Assembly: GCA_012295275.1 (NCBI GenBank)
Contig: CM022669.1
Location: forward strand, 7,130,001-7,194,000
Direction: 5' to 3'
DNA: 64,000 bases
Source: Chrysomallon squamiferum
Taxonomy: Eukaryota; Animalia; Mollusca
In this document: piece after piece, positions 56,793 to 64,000 of the stretch
Numbering within the stretch: position 1 is the stretch's first letter
Layout of the letters: each line of letters begins with the position of its first letter
The notes under the pieces: model-generated
The model's database searches: none
Seen by the model: the letters and a program-made list of their open reading frames with translations, nothing else
What the model was told of the DNA's origin: nothing
Program-made: the position numbers and the translations under genes

Positions 56793-57965
56793 ACAATAAC
56801 TACAACAACAACAATACAAAGTAATCAAAATAATAGCAGCAATATCAAAATACTATTATTAATAATTTAATAGCTATATATTATAATTATATTTATGCAT
56901 GTTAAATGGTTATACATTTTTAATGATTTTATTTTATTTTATTTTATTTATATTTATTTATTTATTTATTTATTTATTTTATTTTATTTATATTTATTTA
57001 TTTATTGATTGATTTATTTCCATCATTTTATTATGTCTTAGATGAGCATTTGCATTCCTGTTTTAATTTTAATAGGCCTATATAGTATATATCATATATA
57101 AATATTAATTAGATTTGTACTTACTTACATATAGAAATTGTCTCATTGTAATTGAATTATGAACAACATAATCATATGTTTACATTACTATTATTATTAT
57201 TATTATTATTATAAAATATACGTTTTGCATCAATTCGATTCGTTTTCACAACTTACCCAAAGGGGATGGCAAAATATTGTTCTTATGTTTCAAAAGAGCT
57301 GCATAACAGAAGTTTCCATCGACTTGATTATCGTTACCATTGTTGTCTGCTTCATCACACTCTACCAAATATTCTAACAAAGTAAAGATACATTTTTCAT
57401 AATTTGCCATTTTTTCGTAACCTGACGAAAGTTTCTTTAGCCATTGTACATTCGACTGGGAGTCGGTTCTTGTCAGATCGACCAATCTCTTCAATACGTA
57501 GACTTCGTTTTCAGCTGCCGTTTTATCATTGCTGTATGCTTGGTAGGCTTTTTCGAAATATCTTAGCACCTGATCATCACAACCCTTCTTTTCGAAGGCA
57601 AGAGCCAAATTAAAATACACATCTCCTTTCGGAAAATCAATGACTGCGTCTTCAGGCGGTAACGCTTTTCGAAGATATTCGATGCCTTTGTCTATTGACT
57701 CTATGTTATGGCTAGCTATATATGCCGCACCAAGATTTAAAGCACATTTTTGCTTAATGACTGGAGATCGTAAAGATATTGAACTTTTGTAAGCTTGTGT
57801 AAAGTAACTCACTGCTTTGTCCAACTCTCCTTTGTTCATGTGTTTTTCTCCACGTGTCGAATATTTCTTGATAGCAGAAACAATTTTCTTCCTTTCTCTC
57901 TGTTTTTTGCTTTTCATTGTGTTTATTTGTTCTTCTTCTTTTAATCCATTATATTCGCTTTCCAT
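30430..57965 (-). CDS. TTC24: TTC24-like tetratricopeptide repeat protein with a long repeat-expanded acidic tail and C-terminal CaaX (manual model ~37 exons, ~1362 aa)
   Basis: Seen, in transcription order: 57965-57257, 56745-56536, 55998-55870, 55480-55272, 54605-54532, 53803-53762, 52777-52736, 51817-51776, 50859-50818, 49855-49817, 48400-48353, 47986-47844, 46697-46489, 45822-45749, 45024-44983, 43982-43941, 42986-42945, 41978-41940, 40527-40480, 40113-39971, 38884-38799, 38432-38374, 38032-37815, 37217-37125, 36892-36807, 36446-36388, 36052-35928, 35457-35365, 35135-35050, 34687-34629, 34295-34171, 33295-33210, 32847-32789, 32444-32242, 31890-31798, 30772-30688, 30535-30430. All GT-AG and phase-compatible, 4089 nt, ending SKICIIM*. 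Symbol rests on recalled similarity to TTC24 (CALNLGAAY, GDVYFNLALA, GHCFLNQGYAHSQLG..FLHAL.AAR, QALENLG; CaaX end). The TPR exons are secure; the full tail model is inference. Confidence 0.72.
31985..37745. repeat. ~26-bp degenerate intronic minisatellite (AARCTAGGCTCTGTATCTAGATCATC-like), one array per module
   Basis: Seen at ~31985-32175, ~33800-34100, ~35640-35860 and ~37390-37745, with different copy numbers. Confidence 0.8.
32242..32444 (-). CDS. Second poly-aspartate exon (45 Asp in 67 full codons) of the TTC24-like tail
   Basis: Seen: KPPSVHDDDGDDDDDDDDDYSDDDDDN...DDHKYMSE, phase 2->1, donor G|gtgagg, acceptor ttaaag|G. Confidence 0.7.
37815..38032 (-). CDS. Poly-aspartate exon (46 Asp in 72 full codons) of the TTC24-like tail
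   Basis: Seen: ttcaag|G AAA CCT CCC TCA GTT TAT GAT.. to TCT GAA G|gtgagg; phase 2->1 as in the homologous 125-nt exons; mixed GAT/GAC codons with in-frame N/S/E interruptions. Confidence 0.7.
39052..39990. repeat. ~104-bp tandem array (9 units) derived from an exon end, donor and intron start
   Basis: Seen: GACTTA(T/C)GTCTGT at 39131, 39235, 39339, 39443, 39547, 39652, 39756, 39860, 39964; only the last has the functional donor (ACTTAC). Confidence 0.95.
41560..45600 (-). repeat. ~1-kb tandem units each carrying a 42-nt (or 39-nt) microexon, copy B
   Basis: Seen: gcttacag|TACTGAAGAAGC..CAGA(C/G)AGA|gtaag at 45024-44983, 43982-43941, 42986-42945; divergent 39-nt member at 41978-41940. Confidence 0.9.
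46714..47862. repeat. Second ~104-bp tandem array (11 units)
   Basis: Seen: same unit at 46798, 46903, 47007, 47109, 47212, 47319, 47421, 47525, 47629, 47733, 47837; last copy carries the real donor. Confidence 0.95.
49435..54380 (-). repeat. ~960-bp tandem units each carrying a 42-nt (or 39-nt) microexon, copy A
   Basis: Seen: microexons at 53803-53762, 52777-52736, 51817-51776, 50859-50818; 39-nt member at 49855-49817. Confidence 0.9.
55272..57965 (-). CDS. TTC24: TPR-encoding exons 1-4 of the TTC24-like gene
   Basis: Seen: 709+210+129+209 nt exons joined by phase-1 introns, giving consecutive TPR-like helix pairs (KAVSYFTQAY, ANMYNSLGLFY..DKADDCFTRGLEV, ALENLGSV..DFKKAEDYYKQALNL). Confidence 0.9.
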
Positions 57966-58440
57966 TACTATTTACTAGTTGTTGTTTTTTAATCCTTTTA
58001 ATTTTTTAATTATTTGTCTCCCTTGAAATTCTGTAATTAAAAATAATAATTATAGCCTACCATTGTTTAAAACAAAAATTAAAAATACTATCCATACATG
58101 TATATATTATAATTTATAATAATTATTATTTTTTTAATTACTGTTGGTAAATTAAATATTATAAATCCAAGTGTAAATTCTGTGTGTGTGTGTGTGTGTG
58201 TGTGTCGTTTTAGATTTGCGCTGTATCAGTGTATGTATATATGTATATATATATATATATATATATACTGCGTGTGCGTTTAACACACGAACGTTAATTT
58301 TTATCCTTACACGTACATAATTAGTATAACAGGTATATTATTTTATATAGGTAAAACAACTATAAATTTATTACCTAAAAATGGCAATTATATTTTAATA
58401 TTACCTAAAATGAACATAAAAATGAAAAGACTGACTGTTG

Positions 58441-58475
<35 letters not shown>

Positions 58476-58722
58476 CCAAAGACACTGTATAATTTCAATA
58501 CATTGATAGTAATTTTATTTACCATAGCCCGCAAGAAATGGCCTCTATGGAGATGTTGGAAATGTGTTTCACCGTTTCGAAGTTATTCGTCTGTAAATAT
58601 AACCCATATTAAATATTTTGCAACCAAATTTTGCAGAAATGCCAATAAATGATAATAATTATACAAGAAGATTATTATGCACTACATTAATCAAAGATAT
58701 GTACAACTGAAAAAGACGCATC

Positions 58723-58770
58723 TGTTTATTTACATAATCTCCATTGACAACCGAAAGAGTTAACTCCCTT
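58723..58770 (-). promoter_or_regulatory. Candidate TTC24-like promoter elements (forkhead-like site, X-box-like site, AAGGGAGTTAACTCT motif)
   Basis: Seen: TGTTTAT 58723-58729, ATCTCCATTGACAAC 58737-58751, AAGAGTTAACTCCCTT 58755-58770, ~200 bp upstream of a possible non-coding exon (donor at 58522, acceptor at 58031). Confidence 0.3.
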
Positions 58771-59874
58771 CTAATAATTTGTAATATTACGGAGATTGCC
58801 GAACATTGATAAATAAATCAATAATTCGGTACACATAAACAAACTTTATTATATAATTATTTAATCATAAAATTATCTAACGTATTATTACAAATCTTTT
58901 AAAGTAAACCAGCAGTTTAAATACAGATCTTATCAGCATCAGATTTAGTGAATTTATTGCTACGATTTTATTTTGCTGCTAGTGCTAAGTATTACAAAAT
59001 ATTGAACATTTTCCGTTTTTCAGACCCCTTCTGAAACGACGACGACGACATTATGAGAGGCAAGTCGCTATTCTTCTAATGAATTTAAGAAGAAAAAAGG
59101 AGGTCTATTCAAGACAGACCATGCAGACCATTAGTCCAGCTTTGTATTCGTATCAGTTTTCAAGCATTTAGTTTTTTAGCTCCAGGTTGGTTTATCAACA
59201 GCAAATAACTTGACAGCTCCTTCGGTACTTATTTTTCTCAAATGAATGAAGCACATTTTGATATTCCTAGAAGTCAAAGTCATCCAAAGCCCATACCAGG
59301 TCAGTGAAAACACCATGAAAATAATAATGGTAAAAGTAGTAGTAATTCAACAAGAACAAATGTTAATTTCTTAATAATAAATTTAATTTCTTCAGTGTAA
59401 AATATGTACAGAGATCAGTTACACAAGAACAAAATATTACATGTATCAATGCAGACCTTTATTATCTTAAACTCTGTCTGAATTATCACCGTAAATCTCA
59501 GTTTTATACATACAAATATGATTAGAAGACCAGCTTTATTTTAATAAAGAACATTCTATAAAGACCTGAACTAAATCCACATGTGCAACCAACCCTTAAC
59601 AAATGGCAATGTCAGTGCAGACTGATTTGTTTTTATTCTAGAAAATTAAAATGGAGACTGCTGCAGGTTTTAATTCTCCTTGGCAATGTTTCTGCCAAAG
59701 TCAAGATTCAGTTTCTCAATCCAGAACTTAAAATCTTCCAGAGCAAAACTGTCATTGAACATGGTATCGACATGATTTTTCTAAATTTGTTTTTCTATTT
59801 ATGTTTTATCTTCAGATATTGTACTGATGATTTTGCAGACTATTTGGATAATGTAAACTAAATTAAATATTAAA

Positions 59875-61622
59875 CACTATAACACATTTTATTTAATGAT
59901 GCAACATTGTATTCAGCTATATAACACATTTTATTTATGATCGTATAGTTTTGGACATACAGTTCAGAACAACCCAGATAACGAGAGATAATTTGAAACT
60001 GCCAATCTACTTTTATTTCTACATGTATACACTAATAGTCATTGTTTGCCCATGCTCGTCACAAACTTTATAATACTTTTTGCCACCAATTTTAGTCTTT
60101 TTACATTATTAATCTTTGTAGTGATAATAACTTGAGATGTTTGATGTTTATTCAGAGGATTAGATAATAAATGCACAATCAACACTGATTTTGTACAAGA
60201 ACATTAACTTGATAAATGCACAATCTACACTCTGAGTTCAGATGAAGATCCTGCAACAAAGAAGAAAGCATTGGCAACACACACAAGTTACTTATCTTTG
60301 ACATATTAAGAACTACTGTTAATTAGAAACTGTAATTTTCTTTTGTACTGTTTATATTTTGATGTAGAACTAAATGTGTTTGCATATTTTTATTTTGTTT
60401 CCAATGGATGCAATTTATATTTTGAAAATTAATCTAATGAGAATTAAGGATCAAGTTGAAATTTTTATACTAAACATGTGATTATTGCAAAAACAAAAAT
60501 GGTCTAAACTTACCAAACGTTTACACACAGAGTGTATATTTGCTTATGGAGATTTATTAGTCTCATTGTTGTCAGTTATTTGGCACATTATTACATTATA
60601 ATAAATGAAATAATTATTTTAAGTTATGTATTGATTTCAGTTTGTTATTTCCAACAAGAAAGAATGAATTTTTATGTGTTTTGATATGTAAACAAATTTT
60701 GAAAATCACCTTTTTTGTTTATTTAATAACAATAAAATACAAGCCAGTCATAATTATATGTTGCTAGTCATTATCAGATGTGGGTTATATAGTTAAAAGG
60801 GACCACAGTTCTTTTTCAGAAGTGCAATATTATGTTTTTGTTTTTATCTTTTTGCATTTATATTAATAGCATTTTATTAACATGTGCAAGATTTCTGTTG
60901 TTAATATCTGGATAGCATAATAATAACAAAATGTTTAGCATATTGAGTGTACATAATAATGAATTTTAAGTTGTTGTAATTTAGGTCTGTGAACTTGTGG
61001 ATATTTTCAAAGTATGCATGGCCAAAAACATAATTTGTAAATACATGTATGTATGTGTGTATATATATATATATATATACAGTCATGAACAATTATTTTT
61101 TTGGAAATGTTTGTATGTTCATGTTTGTATGTTCATGTTTGTACAAATGCATATTCTGAGTATGTGTGTATGTACGTACATATGTACATATGCATGTATG
61201 TATGCATGCATGTTTGTATGTATGTATGTGTGTATAGACACACTTATGTAGTGTATAGCAATGCTTTCATTTCAGAATTTTTATTCACACACACTATATT
61301 AATATTTTAGGTAAAATAAGCCTGCATTAAGAATTGTATATACTCAAATGTATGTAAAATGTTATAGTCCTTTTGTTATAGTACTGTTTATGAAATATTC
61401 TGATCATTGAAATTTACATTTGTTTCATAATTGTGTGTTTTTTGTATGAATACTATTGTTTTTGAGTCTTAGAGGATATTTTAAATTTTTGGCTTGTTTT
61501 ATGTTTCAGATGCTTTAAGATCTTTAAATGCATTTACTGGCACTTTGAAAAACATTTATCATATCTGATATTAAAATACCTTTTTATGATTTTTTCCCCC
61601 CTCATTTACATTTAGAAGAAAA
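59875..61622 (+). pseudogene. GNB5: Decayed partial GNB5 copy (intron 4, truncated exon 5, 3' UTR segments)
   Basis: Seen: 59875-60298 matches ~19683-20135 (exon 5 remnant [27 protein letters not shown], acceptor and donor lost); 60345-61375 matches ~23609-24632; 61381-61622 matches ~24778-24992. Exons 6-10 absent. Confidence 0.85.
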
Positions 61623-61623
61623 A

Positions 61624-62070
61624 TTTGGACCTGACAGGTATGCTTCATACACTTGACTCAGTCAACATGGCGAAAATTTCTGGATCTAGAACATATTAAC
61701 CTGTATCATACCAACCCTGACATCAAACACTTCTATGGTATGCTTGGCAGACTTGCACTTCTTCCTTTAGGTAAGTTAGAGAAGGAATGGACTGGTCACA
61801 GAATAACACAACGGCTGAGCTGGATGACCTCCCTAGCTACTTTGTGTCAAGCACAGTCAGGAGAATTTAACCAGTGCTATTCAATCCAGACCATCTTTGC
61901 TCTTCAGAAGACTGCCTCCCCTCTTCCCAAACTGTCACAGTGAAGTTTGAAATAGGACAAACAAAATATGTGAATGCTTGAACTTTGTATTTATACACAT
62001 ATATTTGGCTCTTTACTCTACAAAATCTCAGCTGTAGATTCAGTTGCAATGATACAGTTTCAAAGTAGAA
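61624..62070 (+). mobile_element. Second copy of the MULE transposase relic (part of the segmental duplication)
   Basis: Seen: matches 28533-29000; reads CFIHLTQSTWRKFLDLEHINLYHTNPDIKHFYGMLGRLALLP (ORF 61653-61943). Confidence 0.72.
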
Positions 62071-63894
62071 AGAACGTAAGTTGACACCAGAAATCAGTGT
62101 ACCAGTAGCATCACTACATAACTGAATTTCTTGATTGTGTTGTAAACAGATGTTGTAATTGATGCTGATGCTACATCGACATGCATGATTTTGTTAAATG
62201 TGTAAATTACATAATTTTCATTTGCTGGTCAGTAGTCAGTTGTTCATTTTTTTAACTGTTGCAGTGAATAACTGTCCAGTATGGTGAGCAAATGTTCTAG
62301 CACCATAAATATGAACCATTGATATAAAATGTAATGTAATGCAGTGGTAAATGTTTGTAAATAAATAAATAGTTTTATTCTAATAAATGAAGAAATTTAA
62401 AATATGCCATCTGAAATATCATTTTGTGAATTACTTGCAGAGATAACTCAAGATTATTGAGTTGGCTAAAAAACAAAAAGAATCAAACAAAAATGCCCCA
62501 CATAAACCACAAAGAAACAAAACAAATCAAAACAACATTAACAAAGTTAAACTTTACTTAAATAAGGAAAAAAATAAGCAAGGAAACAGAAAAATAAATG
62601 AAACTGAAGGAAAATTGTATTAATAAAAAAGCAAAAAGAAAATAACATTATTTTTAGACTAAATTATTTTATTCTGCACCAAAACTATATTGCTATTATT
62701 CTACTGATACTAGAGTTTACACCAAAGCTCTAATAATTTAGTTACAACAAACACATTCAAACATTATTATCAGGGTTAAATTAAATGAAGACCAATTGTT
62801 AAAAATCCAGGAGTTGAAGAACTCCCAAAAAGATGCATCAATAAAATAGATTATACACTGTCTTGTAAGCTTTCTGCTTGTAACTGATTCTATTCAATGC
62901 CTTTGGATAATATTATTCTTTGTTGTTTATCACCAAATCTGGGCATTACACAAAACAGATTTGGTTAATTTGATTTTGATAAGAAAAAGCATTTAAACAG
63001 CTGGTATCACATGGCTAAATTTAAATCTGATTACAATAATTCTGCACACTACAAGCATGAAAAGTTTATTCAATAATAATGAATATTTAGAAGGCTAGAT
63101 CTTTTTGAACAAAACAAAAATTTGTTTCAATTCTATGAATAAATAAGAAAAAATAGACAGACAAATCTAAAACTAAAGAAATTAGCCATCTGCTTTATAG
63201 CAAGTAACTATACTGATTGTCATACAAATTAATATATTCAGCACAATAATAATTTAAAATGCAGTACTGTGTGTAATTTATTACATAAAACCTATAAAAT
63301 ATAGGATGATTAACAAGCAATGTTAAGTAATGAAAAAATCCCTCTGTGATTATAACAATTTCTTCATGCTTGCTTAGACTGTTGGCTTTGTTGAGATACA
63401 AAAATTTATTTTCGAAATGTCAATATCTTTGTTTTCTTATATAATTTGAAACTAAATGTGTCACTGTTGAATACTGGGTTATGTACAAATATAAGGATCA
63501 ACATAAAATGATAAGCAATTTGTTAATTTCATTAAACTGTGATACTTTTATTTTTGCACATCTCGTTAAACTATGTTTTAATTTTCTTTTCAATTTCTAT
63601 ATATAAAGTAACCATCACTTTGTTGTATTTGGTTTGACACCCAATAGCTGATATGTTTTTCATACTGGGTGTCATTAAATATTCATTCACTCACTCATTC
63701 CATTAGATAACAGTGCTACTTCAGAGTGTAATGTAACTAATATTTCATGATATTTAGAAATATTAGTAATAACTTGAGGTTTGTTATTCAGTAAATACAA
63801 GACATGACAGCTAAATCACAAAATAATATCCAGCAAGCGATAAAAAATATCAATAAGTTCTTGTGTTATTAAAGAAAACGATTCTTTTTTCATG

Positions 63895-63952
63895 TTATAT
63901 GATAATACATATTTTAGATTTCACCTCATCACACTCTCGCATTCTTCTTTCC
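63895..63952 (-). CDS. Terminal exon of a second TTC24-like paralog extending beyond the right edge
   Basis: Seen: homologous to 30430-30535, same ttttttcag acceptor and phase, 48 nt shorter in frame, reading ERRMRECDEVKSKICIII*. Confidence 0.65.
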
Positions 63953-64000
63953 CTGAAAAAAAATACAGAGTAAATTAAATAACTATTTTTAAAAACAGAC

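Overview
AT-rich, microsatellite-dense, intron-containing animal genomic DNA (invertebrate, plausibly mollusc/lophotrochozoan; the taxon is inference). Splicing by hand on GT-AG sites and reading phase gives three complete genes. (1) A minus-strand 5-exon gene for a 339-aa protein with signal peptide, 3 Ig domains and a GPI-type tail (12693->5521). (2) A plus-strand 10-exon G-protein beta-5 (GNB5) gene, 353 aa (17043->23342), with a Tc2-type MITE in intron 6. (3) A convergent minus-strand TTC24-like TPR gene (57965->30430) that the ORF track almost entirely misses. It can be read as one open frame of about 37 exons / about 1362 aa ending in a CaaX box (CIIM*). Its long acidic tail was built by nested, phase-preserving duplications: 42-nt microexon arrays, an 8-9 kb intragenic duplication, and four ~1.8 kb four-exon modules, two of which carry poly-Asp exons. 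The right end (59875-64000) is an older segmental copy holding a decayed GNB5 fragment, a MULE transposase relic and the intact last exon of a second TTC24-like paralog (CIII*). A probable signal-peptide exon of a fourth gene lies at the left edge. All gene models are manual and untested against transcripts.
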